Assembly (NCBI RefSeq): GCF_963921235.1
Contig: NC_086097.1
Location: forward strand, 52,578,001-52,642,000
DNA length: 64,000 bases
Reading direction: 5' to 3'
Source: Mobula hypostoma
Taxonomy: Eukaryota
Position 1 is the first letter of the stretch. The number at the start of each line of letters is the position of its first letter. Both the position numbers and the translations under genes were made by a program. Positions 12,535 through 25,380 of this stretch are shown one piece after another. Below the pieces are notes generated by a model, which was not told the origin of the DNA, searched no databases, and saw only the letters and a list, made by a program, of their open reading frames with translations.

Positions 12535-12927
12535 CATAGAAACATAGAAAACCTACAGCACAGTACAGGCCCTTTGGCCCACAAAGCTCTGCCAAACATG
12601 TCCTTAACTTAGAAATTACCTAGCGTTACCCGTAGCCCTCTATTTTTCTGAGCTCCATGTACCTGTCCAGGAGTCTCTTAAAAGACCCTATCGTATCTGC
12701 CTCCACCAGCGTTGCCAGCAGCCCATTCCATGCACTCACCACTCTCTACGTAAAAAACTTACCCCTGACATCTCATCTGTACCTGCTTCCAAGCACCTTA
12801 GAACTGTGTTCTCTAGTGTTAGCCATTTCAGCCCTGGGAAAAAGCCTCTGACTATCCACACGATCAATGCCTCTCATCATCTTATACACCTTTATCAGGT
12901 CACCTCTCATCCTCAAGGAAAAAAGGC
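12535..12927 (-). mobile_element. CR1 LINE 3' fragment
   Basis: (AACATAGA)n tail complement followed by CAGCACAGTACAGGCCCTTTGGCCC, the CR1 3' end seen repeatedly in this window. Confidence 0.8.
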
Positions 12928-13374
12928 ATGTGTGTATGATTTTTTAAAAATTTAATGAAGGAAATAATTATGTTAGCATTGAGAATATTTATGTTCATCA
13001 GGATCTAAGGATTCAATAAATGTACATTTCTGAAAGAATATTCTGATAAAGTGGGCAATCCATAGAGTCATACAGCATGGAAGCAGATCCTTCAGTAGAT
13101 CAAGTACCCATATACACAACCTCATTTTATTCTCCGATATTTCACAGATAAAATTCCATAATGCTGAATTTATGTATTCAGTTTCCTCTATCAGTTTTTT
13201 TTCTACAGCTACCAGATGAACATGGAAGTTTGTATTTACTTTTATTAAAACTCCTGGACATAAATCATTACTTATCAAGTATCAAAGTAAAAGCAGCTGT
13301 TTACTGCAACGTGGAACCGATACAATGCATACTATGTTCTGGGCTGTATCCAGACTCTGATTGAGAAATCATTA

Positions 13375-13568
13375 ACAACAGGAATTCTGCAGATGCTGGA
13401 AATTCAAGCAACACACATCAAAGTTGCTGGTGAACGCAGCAGGCCAAGCAGCATCTGTAGGAAGAGGTGCAGTCGACGTTCCCGACGAAGGGTCTCGGCC
13501 TGAAACGTCGACTGCACCTCTTCCTACAGATGCTGCTTGGCCTGCTGCGTTCACCAGCAACTTTGATG
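13375..13568. mobile_element. Miniature tail-out inverted PLE dimer (194 bp)
   Basis: Left arm 13375-13480 and right arm 13481-13568 are inverted PLE 3' ends; 13-bp TSD TGAGAAATCATTA at 13362-13374 and 13569-13581. Confidence 0.93.
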
Positions 13569-13748
13569 TGAGAAATCATTAGCTGCTTATTACATGATGT
13601 GGAATCTCTTCCACACAGAGAATATGGGGTTGAAGTCTGATTGTACCGAGGGACAGTAGCCATTCATTAACACCTGCTGCTACTCTTTTGCTGACAAATA
13701 TCATGTTTTACTTTGCTTATCTTTATGATAAGGTAAGTATAGATATCA

Positions 13749-15792
13749 TAGAAACATAGAAACATAGAAAATAGGTGCAGGAGTAGGCCATTCGGCCCTT
13801 CGAGCCTGCACCGCCATTTATTATGATCATGGCTGATCATCCAACTCAGAACCCAGCCTTCCCCCCATACCCCCTGACCCCTGTAGCCACAAGGGCCATA
13901 TCTAACTTCCTTTTAAACATAGCTAATGAACTGGCCTCAACAGTTTGCTGTGGCAGAGAATTCCACAGATTCACCACTCTCTGTGTGAAGAAGTTTTTCC
14001 TAACCTCGGTCCTAAAAGGCTTCCCCTCTATCCTCAAACTGTGACCCCTCGTTCTAGACCTCCCCAACATCGGGAACAATCTTCCCGCATCTAGCCTGTC
14101 CAATCCCTTTAGGATCTTATACGTTTCAATCAGATCCCCCCTCAATCTTCTAAATTCCAACGAGTACAAGCCCAGTTCATCCAGTCTTTCTTCATATGAA
14201 AGACCTGCCATCCCAGGAATCAATCTGGTGAACCTTCTTTGTACTCCCTCTATGGCAAAGATGTCTTTCCTCAGATTAGGGGACCAAAACTGCACACAAT
14301 ACTCCAGGTGTGGTCTCACCAAGGCCTTGTACAACTGCAGTAGTACCTCCCTGCTCCTGTACTCGAATCCTCTCGCTATAAATGCCAGCATACCGTTCGC
14401 CTTTTTCACCGCCTGCTGTACCTGCATGCCCACTTTCAATGACTGGTGTATAATGACACCCAGGTCTCGTTGCACCTCCCCTTTTCCTAATCGGCCACCA
14501 TTCAGATAATAATCTGTTTTCCTATTTTTGCCACCAAAGTGGATAACTTCACATTTATCCACATTAAATTGCATCTGCCATGAGTTTGCCCACTCACCCA
14601 ACCTATCCAAGTCACCCTGCATCCTCTTAGCATCCTCCTCACTGCTAACACTGCCACCCAGCTTTGTGTCATCCACAAACTTGGAGATACTGCATTTAAT
14701 TCCCTCATCCAAGTCATTAATATATATTGTAAACAACTGGGGTCCCAGCACTGAGCCTTGCGGTACCCCACTAGTCACCGCCTGCCATTCTGAAAAGGTC
14801 CCGTTTATTCCCACTCTTTGCTTCCTGTCTGCTAACCAATTCTCCACCCACACCAATACCTTACCCCCAATACCGTGTGCTTTAAGTTTGCACACTAATC
14901 TCCTGTGTGGGACCTTGTCAAAAGCCTTTTGAAAATCCAAATATACCACATCCACTGGTTCTCCCCTATCCACTCTACTAGTTACATCCTCAAAAAATTC
15001 TATGAGATTCGTCAGACATGATTTTCCTTTCACAAATCCATGCTGACTTTGTCTGATCATTTCACCGCTTTCCAAATGTGCTGTTATCACATCCTTGATA
15101 ACTGACTCCAGCAGTTTCCCCACCACCGACGTTAGGCTAACCGGCCTATAATTCCCTGGTTTCTCTCTCCCTCCTTTTTTAAAAAGTGGGGTTACATTAG
15201 CCACCCTCCAATCCTCAGGAACTAGTCCAGAATCTAACGAGTTTTGAAAAATTATCACTAATGCATCCACTATTTCTTGGGCCACTTCCTTAAGCACTCT
15301 GGGATGCAGACCATCTGGCCCTGGGGATTTATCTGCCTTCAATCCCTTCAATTTACCTAACACCACTTCCCTACTAACATGTATTTCGCTCAGTTCCTCC
15401 ATCTCACTGGACCCTCTGTCCCTTACTATTTCTGGAAGATTATTTATGTCCTCCTTAGTGAAGAGAGAACCAAAGTAATTATTCAATTGGTCTGCCATGT
15501 CCTTGCTCCCCATAATCAATTCACCTGTTTCTGTTTGCAGGGGACCTACATTTGTCTTTATCAGTCTTTTCCTTTTTACATATCTATAAAAGCTTTTACA
15601 GTCCATTTTTATGTTCTCTGCCAGTTTTCTCTCATAATCTTTTTTCCCCTTCCTAATTAAGCCCTTTGTCCTCCTCTGCTGAACTCTGAATTTCTCCCAG
15701 TCCTCAGGTGAGCCACTTTCTCTGGCTAATTTGTATGCTACTTCTTTGGAATTGATACTATCCCTAATTTCTCTTGTCAGCCACGGGTGCAC
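13749..15792 (-). mobile_element. Young 5'-truncated CR1 LINE
   Basis: (AGAAACAT)n tail complement; candidate TSD GATATCA at 13742-13748 and 15797-15803; uninterrupted RT frame. Confidence 0.95.
13846..15792 (-). pseudogene. CR1 ORF2 reverse transcriptase region, open ~650 codons, no endonuclease
   Basis: KSPGPDG, NYRPVSLTS, YLDFQKAFDKVPH, GVPQGSVLGP, FVDD (FADD in other copies). Confidence 0.9.
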
Positions 15793-16794
15793 AATTGATA
15801 TCACTATCAATTGTACATGAATTCCTTGTCAGAGCTCAGCAGGGATCTGAATTACTAATTAAGCAGAGTACAGAGTCAAGATGTGAGCCTAACTGTCCTT
15901 TATTTTAACCTGTATATAATGCAGGTGGTAGTAAAGATCTCTGAGAAGAAATTTGTGAAGTTGGTTCACCCAGGCTGCCTTGTAATGATAAATAGGGAAA
16001 CACACTAAACTGCCATGTGATAGTCAATATGATCACCATTTTACCTTTGACTCCCTTTCCCTTCCAGGAATAATTGCTTTTATCTTATATGTGCACTTGC
16101 CAGATGCACAAAGATTGGAAACTAGTTCAAAACCATCTGAGTGAGTTATCAGGTAATTAAATTTTGAATGTGGTCAAGTTGGGGGTTGGGTGGGACTTTT
16201 CGAATTGAAAAAGTCAACAATTGATATCCTCAGTGTTAGCAAATGATTTTTAATATGTTTCATTATGCATTCACACGTCATGACCATTGGTGCCAGGGTA
16301 TCTTTGGGCTTCTCTTTCTCTATGCTTCTGAAAGGAACTAACATTTAATTTTTATGTTACATTCAACTTTTCAAACCAGCAGAATGTGTGATCTGAAAAA
16401 AAAAATTCAGAGGTGTGCTTTACAGTCAGGTAGTTATTTTTAAAAGAGTAATAACTATTATCAAGGTGAAGATTAGCTGGTCTCTATTTAAATTTCAAAG
16501 TTCTTCAAGGCATTTATCATGTTCACTGTGTAACTAAACGCCTTTGTTTTCTAAAGCATTTATTTTCCTTGAAGGTATAATACCCAAATTGAATATAATA
16601 CTTCAGCCAAAGTAAAAAAAAATCGTAATTAACAGAACACGTTGGACTATTATGCTCCCATTTATAAGGCCTGGGATCTCACATGCATTAATGTCTGCTC
16701 GAGGAGCTGAGGGCAATTAACATAACAGCTTCAGAGATGTGTTCAGCAATGCTCCCAGATCTTTCTTCTTGCAGATGTATTAGATATTGTAACC

Positions 16795-17290
16795 CTTGGT
16801 ATGGGAGAATACACAGGTATGATCAGTAAATTTGCAGATGGCATGAAAATTGCTGTTGATTTGGATAGTGAGAAAGGTTTTCTAAGGTTGCAGAGGATAT
16901 AAATCATTCAGTAAGTTGGATGGAGCATTGGCAGATGGTTAATTGTGACATGAGTGTGGTGGTGTATTTTAGGACACCAACCAGCCGTACGGCATGTACA
17001 ACAAATAGTGGAGTGCTGTGGAATATTGATGAACACAGAAACCTAGGGGTCCAAATCCATTGTTCCCTTAAAATGGAAGGGGAGGTTAAATAAGTGTGTT
17101 GAGGAATGAATATGGTCAGGGCATAGAATACAGAGTATAATATGATGTTGCAACTTAACGAAACACTTATTAAACTGCACTTGGGCTACTCTGTACAGAG
17201 GTGGTCAACTCAATGTGTGAAGGATTTCATTACACTGGAGGGAGTCACAAGGAGGTTCACCAGGATGTTGCCCGGATAGAAAGACTTTAA
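16795..17290 (+). mobile_element. Old CR1 RT fragment
   Basis: Degenerate ISKFADGMKI..LQ, KTLIKLHLGYSVQ and RRFTRMLPG. Confidence 0.7.
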
Positions 17291-18184
17291 TTATGTGCTA
17301 TGCACGAGTGTATATTTGCACAAGTGCAATGAAAAGCATACTTGCAATAACATCACAGACACAGCAGTACAAACAGCAAGCAGTATTTACAAATCAAGCA
17401 TTATTTAAACATAAATTATACATGTCTATAAGAAAGAACACAATTTTAGTGCAAAGTGATCATCGTGTTGCTCAACTGTAGTGATTAGGGTTTTGTAGGT
17501 TGCTTCAAGAAATGAACAATAGAAGGGAAGTAGCTATTCTTGAACCTGTTGCTGTGGGATTTCAGGCCTCTGTACTGCTTGCCCAATGACGACTGCAAGA
17601 TGATGGCTCGTCCCGGATGGTGGGGATCCTTGACGATAGGTGTTGCTTTCTTGAGACAGCACCTCCTGTAGATACTGCCGCTGGAGAGGACGGATTTGCC
17701 TGTGAGGTACTGGGCAGAGCCCTCCACCCTCTATTGCTTCTTACATTCCTGTGCATTCAAGTTACTAGTCCAGATCACCTTGAAACCAGTCAGGATACTT
17801 CAGCCGCGCATCTGTAGAAGTTTGTGAGTTGAAACTCCTTAACTTCCTCAGAAAATAAGGACTCTACTGCACTTGCCCTGTGATTGCATCTTTGTGCTGG
17901 GCCCAGGACAGGTCATCTGGTATTTTAACACACAGGAATTTAAAGCTACTGACTCTTTCCACTGCTGATCTGATCCTCCCCCCATACAGACTGTTCAAGT
18001 TCAAGTTTATTGTCATTCAACCGCACCATTATATACCGCAAAATGAAACAATGTTCCTCTGGACGAAAGTGCATAAAACTCACACACAACTTCAGTAATA
18101 TAACCACACATAAATTAATAAATAACAAGGTTCATTTATGGCACAAGTTAAAGAGTAAATAGTGAACATTACTGGCACTTCATT

Positions 18185-18493
18185 AAGGCATCCGTTAGTC
18201 TTGCGAGACCATGGATCTGCGCCTGGAAAGTCTTCACTCTCCAGGGCGTAGGCCTGGGCAAGGTTGTGTGGAAGACCAGCAGTTGCCCATGCTGCAAGTC
18301 TCCCCTCTCCACGACACCAATGCTGTCCAAGGGAAGGGCATTAGGACCCATACAGCTTGGCACCAGTGTCGTCGCAGAGCACTGTGTGATTAAGTGCCTT
18401 GCTCAAGGACACAACACGTTCCCTCAGCTGGGGCTCGAACTCACAACCTTCAGGTAGCTGGTCCAATGCCTTAACCACTTGGCCACATGCTCA
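18185..18493 (-). mobile_element. tRNA-derived SINE
   Basis: Minus-strand head GTGGCCAAGTGGTTAAGGCATTGGAC...GAGTTCGAGCCCC (A and B boxes), then GTGTTGTGTCCTTGAGCAAGGCACTTAA. Confidence 0.8.
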
Positions 18494-20026
18494 CATCATG
18501 CGTGATGAGATTAGTGTGGTGGTAGGGAGCTCAGTAGTCTCACGGGCTTCTCCTCATCCTAACAGTAACATATCCTGATGTGTCCACCTGAAGTCAACAA
18601 CCAGCTCTTTGGTTTCACGGAGGATGAGTGAGAGGCTATTGCTGCAACGCCGCCCAACCAGGTGTCCTACCTCTCTTCGAAAGGCTGACTCATTTCCACC
18701 TGCCATTCATCGACACAACGGGAGTGTTTTCGGTGAATTTGAAGCCTGGGGTGCTGTGCTCAGCCACAGAGTCGTGTGTATAGAGAGCAGAGCAGGGGAC
18801 TAAGCACACAGTCATGAGGTACATTGGTGGTGATGTTTAGTGAGAAGGTGATACAATCAGCCCTCACTGATTGAAGTCGGCCAATAAGGATGCTGCAGAG
18901 GGAGGCAGGAGGCACAGGTCTTGAAACTTGATGACAGATTTGAATGGGATGACTGTGTTGAGTGCAGAACTGTAGTCAATGAACAGTAGCCTGATGTATG
19001 AGTTCCTGTTGTCCAGAAGATCCAGAGCAGGGGGAAGGACCTGAGAGATCACACCTGCTATTGACCTGTTGTGGAGGTAGGCAAATCACAGCAGAACCAG
19101 ATAATCTCTGAGATAGGAGTTGATTTGTGCCATATCACGCTCTCAAAGAACTTCATTATGGTTGGTTGTTCTGCACAAATCTCTATTATTCAGCCAGGTA
19201 CACCATCTGGACCAGACGCCTTTCACGGATTCACACTCCTGTAGGATGTCCTGACCCTGATGTAAGCCTCAGAGACAGAAATTGCAGGCTCACCTGAAGA
19301 TATGGGGCTCATGTGGGCATGTTACATGGCAGTGTGCTCAGTCACAGTGGACTCTCCAGATCCAAACACAGATGTAATTTTCTGTCCTTTGCCTGTTTTT
19401 GTAATTGCAAGACACTGCTGGATACTGAGAACATCAAATGGTGCAGGACTGTCCCTCTGGTGAGCTGCCAATGGCTGTTGAGCTGGACTTGTTAAGTACC
19501 ATGTTGCTGCCGACTGCAGCCATCCAGGGAGGAGAGCGCCAGAGGCTGTGCACGGAGACGGCGCACTATCCAATAAACGGTGCAAAAGATCTTCTTGGAC
19601 ATTTTTCTTGTGGTTGCAAGATCCTATTCGACGTTGGCAATGGAGAATACTGCAAGCCCGGTTCACCATTTCATTGATGAGGCCGACAACAGATGGGGGG
19701 GGGGGGCGGGAAGTGGCTACATGGCCTCAGTTATTGCATGGATCAGGCCCGCGTGCCGCCAGGTCGACTACTGCATCTGCCCAGGGGAGGAGACGTCGCT
19801 GGTGGTGTGGGAGAGAGCTGGCTCCTCTCACTGGTGCTGCCCCCCAGTGTCTACTCAGTGGAAAATAAGCTGGATTGCATTCGTCTGCGACTGCACTGGC
19901 ATATGACGAGGACTGCTATGTGCATGTTCTTGTAGAAACGTTTCTCCAGGACAACATCTCATGCACCATCAGTCTACAGGCCATGACACTGATGGACCTA
20001 GGCTGTATTTTTTTATTTTGTGACTG

Positions 20027-20313
20027 TGTAGCGATGTGCTACACACAGAGCTAGAAATAATGACACACAGTCTGTAAGTTGCACTCGGGACTAGTTTAAT
20101 CAATCTTCACGGCGCTGGCTTTTACGCAGTTCCGTTCCTGCCCTCTCCGGGTGGAAATGACATCAGAGGTGCATTACAAAAGTCTCTTCCCGTGCGCAGG
20201 CTTTCTCCCCTTGCTGGTGAAGAAGGCCCAGCGCCATTTTGGGGCTGGCCTCTCTGCCGACACGTGCGCCATTTTGTGAGCTGGTTCGCCTGTGTAGAAA
20301 GTGGGTCACCACA
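20027..20313 (-). repeat. Gypsy 3' LTR
   Basis: 287-bp direct repeat of 24091-24378; preceded on the minus strand by a G-rich PPT-like tract (~20317-20330). Confidence 0.95.
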
Positions 20314-23300
20314 TAACACCCCCCAGAACCGGCGATACACCTCCCAATGTCCACAGTCTGGATTGGTCTCTGTTTGGGCGGTCTGCCTCTGCGCCGCGGT
20401 GCCTGAACCTCGACCGGCTGCACCAAGTCCACATGTGCCAGTTTGAGTCGGTCCGCTGTGAAAACCTCCTCTCTCCCCCCAGTGCCCAGAACGTACGTGG
20501 ACCCATTGTTCCCGATCACCTTGAACGGCCCCTCGTACAGCCGCTGTAGCGGTGCCCACTCTGCACCCCTTCACACAAATACAAACTTACATTTCTTCAG
20601 GTCTTTGGGTACGCAGGTCGGGCTCTGTCCATGCTGTGAAGTAGGTACGGGGGCCAGGTTGCCGAGCCTCTCACGTAGTCTGTCCAGGACTGCTGCGGGT
20701 TCTTCCTCTTGCCCCCTTGGGGCTAGTATGAACTCTCCTGGGACAACCAGGGGTGCGCCGTACACCAGCTCGGCCGACGAGGTGTGCAGGTCCTCTTTGG
20801 GCGCTGTGCGGATTCCAAGCAGGACCCAGGGAAGCTCGTCCACCCAGTTAGGCCCTTTCAGGCGGGCCATGAGAATTGACTTCAGGTGACGGTGGAAGCG
20901 TTCCACTAGTCCGTTCGACTGTGGGTGGTAGGCAGTTGTGTGGCGTAGCTGCGTTCCCAACAGGCTGGCCACAGCCGACCACAGGCTGGAGGTGAACTGG
21001 GCGCCTCTGTCAGAGGTAATGTGGGCCGATACCCCGAAGCGGGCTACGCAGGTTGCAATCAGTGCTCGGGCACAGGACTTGGCGGTGGTGTCGGTGAGTG
21101 GGACCGCCTCTGGCCATCTCGTGAACCAGTCTACCATAGTTAGGAGGTACCACGCTCCTCGCGACACTGGCAGGGGACCCACGATATCCACATGAATGTG
21201 GTCGAACCTCCAGCAGGGCTTTGGTGTGCCGCTGCACCTTGGCTGTTTGGCACTGCGTGCACGTTTTGGCCCATTTGCTGACCTGTTTGCGAAGTCTGTG
21301 CCACACGAACTTGCTGGAGACCATCTGGACGGTTGTCCTGATAGATGGGTGCGCCAAGCCGTGTATGGAGTTGAAAACTCGCCGCCGCCAGGCTGCCGGG
21401 ACGATGGGGCGAGGTTGGCCGGTAGCCATGTCACACAGGAGGGTCCTCTCACCTGGGCCTGCGAGGAAGTCTTGCAGCTACAAACCCGAGACTGCGGTCC
21501 TGTAGCTGGGCATCTCATCGTCTGCCTGCTGCATCTCCGCCAGTGCTGCATAGTCCACCCCCGGGACAGGGCCTGGACAGCTGGTCTGGAGAGTGCGTCC
21601 GCCACAACACTGTCCTTTCCCGAGACATGCTGGATGCCCGTCGTGTACTTGGAGATGTAGGACACATGTCGCAGCTGGTGGGCCAACCAGGGATCAGACA
21701 CCTTCGTGAACGTGAAGGTCAACAGTTTGTGGTCCGTGAATGCGGTGAATGGCCTGCCTTCTAAGAAATACCTGAAATGCCGGATTGCCAGATATAGTGC
21801 CAACAGCTCCCGGTTGAAGGCACTGTACTTGAGTTCGGGTGACCGTAGGTGCCTGCTGAAGAACGCCAGGAGTTGCCAGCGCCCCTTGATGAGTTGCTCC
21901 AGCACCCCACTGACTGCTGTGTTGGATGCGTCCAATGTGAGGGCGGTTGGAACGTCTGTTCTGGGGTGCACTAGCATCGCGGCATCTGCCAAGGCTTCCT
22001 TGGCTTTAACGAAAGCGGCCGTGGCCTCTTCGTCCCAGGTAATGTCCTTGCCTTTACCCGACATCAGAGTGAACAAAGGGCACATGATATGGGCTGCTGA
22101 GGGGAGGAAGTGGTGGTAGAAGTTCACCATACCAACAAACTCCTGCAGGCCTTTGACTGTGTTGGACTGGGCAAAGTGGCAGATCGCGTCTACCTTGGCG
22201 GGCAGAGGTGTTGCCCCGTCTTTGGTAATCCTGTGGCCCAGGAAGTCGATGGTGTCGATTCCAAACTGTCATTTGGCCGGGTTGATCGTGAGGCTGAAAT
22301 CACTCAGGCGGGAGTAGAGCTGACGGAGGTGGGACAGATGCTCCTGATGACTACTGCTGGCTATGAGGATGTCGTCCAAATAGATGAACGCAAAGTCCAG
22401 ATCGCGTCCCACCACATTCATTAGCCGCTGGAACATCTGTGCGGCATTCTCCAGGCCGAACGGCATTCGGAGGAATTCGAACAGGCCGAACGGGGTGATG
22501 AGTGCGGTTTTGGGGATGTCTTCAGGGTGTACCGGGATTTGATGGTATCCCCGGACGAGGTCTATTTTGGAAAAGACACTTGCCCCGTGCAGGTTTACTG
22601 CAAAGTCCTGTATCTGCGGCACGGAGTAGCAGTCTGGAGTTGTATCCTCGTTCAGTCTGCGGTAGTCGCTGCATGGTCTCCAGCCCCTGGCTGCTTTGGT
22701 CACCATGTGCAGGGGGGAGGCCCATGGGCTGTCCGACCGCCGTAAGATCCCCAATTCCTCCATCCTCTTGAACTCCTCCTTCGCCAGGCAGAGCTCGTCC
22801 GGGGGGAGCCTTTGTGCACGGGCGTGGAGGGGTGGTCCCTGGGTCGGAATGTGGTGCTGTACTCCGTGTCTGGGCATGGCTGCTGTGAACTGCGGTGCCA
22901 GAACCGATGGAAAGTCCGCCAGGATTCTGGTGAATTCTTTGTCAGACAGCGTGATGGAGTCCAGGTGTGGGGCCGGCAACTTGGCTTCACCCAGAGAGAA
23001 CATCTGGAAAGTCTTGGCATGGACCAGTCTTTTCCCTTGCAAGTCGACCAGCAGGCTGTGAGCTCACAAGAAGTCCGCCTCCAGGAGTGGATGGGCCACG
23101 GCGGCCAGTGTGAAGTCCCATGTGAACCGGCTGGCGCCGAACTGCAGCTGCACTGTGCGGGTGCCGTAGGTCTGTATCGTACTGCCATTTGCGGCCCTCA
23201 GGGTGGGTCCCAGCTCCCTGTTGTGGGTGTCGTACCCCATCAGGGGTAAGACACTGATTTCCGCTCCGGTGTTGACCAAGAAGCGGCGTCCCGACTGTTT

Positions 23301-24075
23301 GTCCCAGATGTACAAGAGGCTGTCCTGGTGGCCAGCTGCCGTAGCCATTAGCGGCGGCTGGCCCTGGCGTTTTCTGGGAACTTGCAGGGCGGGCGACAAC
23401 GGCGGGCTTCTGTGCCCCACCGCTGGTGGTAGGAACACCACTGTTCATTGGCCTCCTCACTCCTGCCTCTGGGTTGTGTGCGGTCCATTGCCGGGCCTGG
23501 TCTGGCCTGCTGTTAGGCGCGTGGCTTGGTAATCTGTCCAATGGACACCCTGCTCTCCCTCTTGGCTTTCCACAGCACGTCTGCCCAGGCCGCCACCTTC
23601 CGGGGGTCACTGAAATCTGCGTCGGCCAGCAGCTGATGTATGTCCTCGGGCAGTTGCTCTAGGAAAGCCTGTTCAAACATGAAGCAGGGCTTGTGTCCTT
23701 CAGCCAGAGCCAGCATCTCGTTCATTAATGCTGACGGCGGCCTGTCTCCCAAACTGTCCAGGTGCAGCAAGTGGGCACCTCACTCACGCCGTGAGAGGCT
23801 AAAGGTCCCTATGGGCAGCGCTTTGAATGCCGCATATTTGCCTTCGGTGGGGGTGACTGTATGAAATCCTCAACCTGGGCGGTTGTCTCCCGGTCAAGGG
23901 AGCTCACCACATAATAGTAACGCATGGAATCAGAAGATATCTGCCAAATCTGGAACTGGGCATCTGCTTGGTCAAACCACACGCGTGGTTGCTGCGTCCA
24001 GAAAGTTGGCAGTTTTAGTGAAACTGCGTGAACAGATGAAGAGTCGATCATCTTTGGTCCAAATCCCGTTTGGAC

Positions 24076-24089
24076 CGTCGGGGTCACCA
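24076..24089 (-). promoter_or_regulatory. Primer-binding site, tRNA-Trp type
   Basis: Minus strand TGGTGACCCCGACG lies 1 nt from the 5' LTR and matches the known tRNA-Trp PBS (TGGTGACCCCGACGTGAT) over 14 nt. Confidence 0.85.
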
Positions 24090-24090
24090 A

Positions 24091-24378
24091 TGTAGCGATG
24101 TGCTACACACAGAGCTAGAAATAACGACACGCAGTCTGTAAGTTGCACTCGAGACTAGTTTATTCAAACTTCGCGGCACTGGCTTTTACGTAGTTCCCTT
24201 CCCGCCCTCTCCGGGCGGAAATGACGTCAGAGGTGCATTACAAAAGTCTCTTCCCGCGCGCGGGCTTTCTTCCCCTTGCTGGTGAAGAAGGCCCAGTGCC
24301 ATTTTGGGGCTGGTCTCTCTGCCGACACGTGCGCCATTTTGTGAGCCGGTTAGCCTGTGTAGAAAGTGGGTCACCACA
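24091..24378 (-). repeat. Gypsy 5' LTR
   Basis: 288-bp direct repeat; about 18 substitutions and 1 indel versus the other LTR by eye, many at CpG. Confidence 0.95.
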
Positions 24379-24999
24379 CCTGTATATTTTCCTGCTATCA
24401 TAACTGTATGTGCTGTGTGAAATGTATGATTGCTGGTACTGTGTTTTGCACCTTGGCCCTGGAGAAACACTGTCACATTTGGCTGTATTCATGTGTATGG
24501 TTGAATGACAATTACACTTGAACTTGATAATTCTCCTTATCTAAGGCGTTGAGCTCATCTGAGAGTGATGGGTCATTGTCATTTCGGCTACCCAATCTCA
24601 CCCTGTAGGAAGTCATATTGTGCAAACCCTGCCACAGCTGCTGATCATTCATCTGCCATTCCAGTTTAGTCCAGTTTTGCTTCCTTGTGCTCACAGTGGT
24701 CTTCCAGAGGTTATACCTGGACTACTTTTATGATTCTGGGTCGCCAACCCTAAAAGCCCAGATTTAGCCCTCAGCAGATTCTGAATCTCCTTGTTCATCC
24801 AAAGCTTCTGGTAGGGCAAGACTCAGAATGTTTTTGAAGGCACACATTCATCCATGTATTTTCACCGTGGCTGACGGCTAATGCATATTTAGCATGGAGT
24901 GAGAGTGGATAGGCTGGGCTTGTTTTACCTGAAGCAAAGGAGAAGACTGAAAAGAGACCTGATGATTAAGTTTAGGAGAGACATAGATAGGGTCTAAGG

Positions 25000-25380
25000 G
25001 TGGCAGGATGGAGATACATCTCTACCAAAAGAGGTCTAAGGTGCTCCTTGCCTTGCTAGCCTGCAGGTCACCCTTGGGCAAGGGGTAGCTCCTGCTTAGC
25101 CTGCCCGACCAGGGTTACATGAAGCCATGTGAGCAGGTGGTGAATGGTCACATGAGCAGCTAATGCATAAAAAAAAGTCCTCATTATGTGATCACTGACG
25201 TCAGGCAGGAAATCTCTGAAGAGTATTGGTAATGACTGGCATCACCTGTTTTGTAAAGACACTGCCCAGAAGAAGGCAATGGCAAACCACTTCTGTAGAG
25301 AAAATTACTAAGAACAATCATGGCCATGAGACCATGATCGCCTACATCATATGACATGGCTCATAATGATGAGGATGATA
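25000..25380 (+). mobile_element. SINE or non-autonomous element with an RTE-like 3' end, inside an old CR1 3' fragment (~24890-25680)
   Basis: GAAGAAGGCAATGGCAAACCACTTCTG motif and (GAT)n-like tail; CR1 sequence GAGACATAGATAGGGT resumes after it. Confidence 0.55.

Larger units (their letters stand above)
20027..24378 (-). mobile_element. Complete compact Ty3/Gypsy LTR retrotransposon (gag-PR-RT-RH-IN), frameshifted
   Basis: Two TG..CA LTRs; gag KLPTFW; protease FLVNTGAEIS; RT YLDD; RNase H DAS..RELLA; integrase HIHVDIVGP, SDRG, NGLVER and a GPY-like motif; imperfect 4-bp TSD ACTG/CCTG. Confidence 0.97.
19325..24527 (+). mobile_element. Internally deleted Rex1-like element (5' region and endonuclease start fused to 3' UTR), interrupted by Gypsy
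   Basis: ENKLDCIRLRL..DCYVHVLVETFLQDNI at ~19860-19960 resembles an APE N-terminus; 3' UTR resumes at 24383 and ends in ACTTGAACTTGA. Confidence 0.6.
17485..24880 (-). mobile_element. Old Rex1/Babar-like LINE split by nested insertions (pieces ~17485-17980, 18580-19325, 24527-24880)
   Basis: Minus-strand YIRLLFIDYSSALNTVIP and IVKDPHHPG..RFKNSYFP; the frame DELNA..DKEN (24530-24560) resumes as NMPT..ISSGEPAISVSEA left of 19325. Confidence 0.75.

Noticed and set aside
18425..18493. tRNA-like sequence (also at 3540-3600)
   Set aside because: SINE heads with A/B boxes followed by SINE bodies; no complete cloverleaf.
20122..24095. Many overlapping ORFs on both strands inside the Gypsy element, or an env-like gene
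   Set aside because: GC-rich shadow frames of gag-pol; the integrase region runs almost to the PPT, leaving no room for env.
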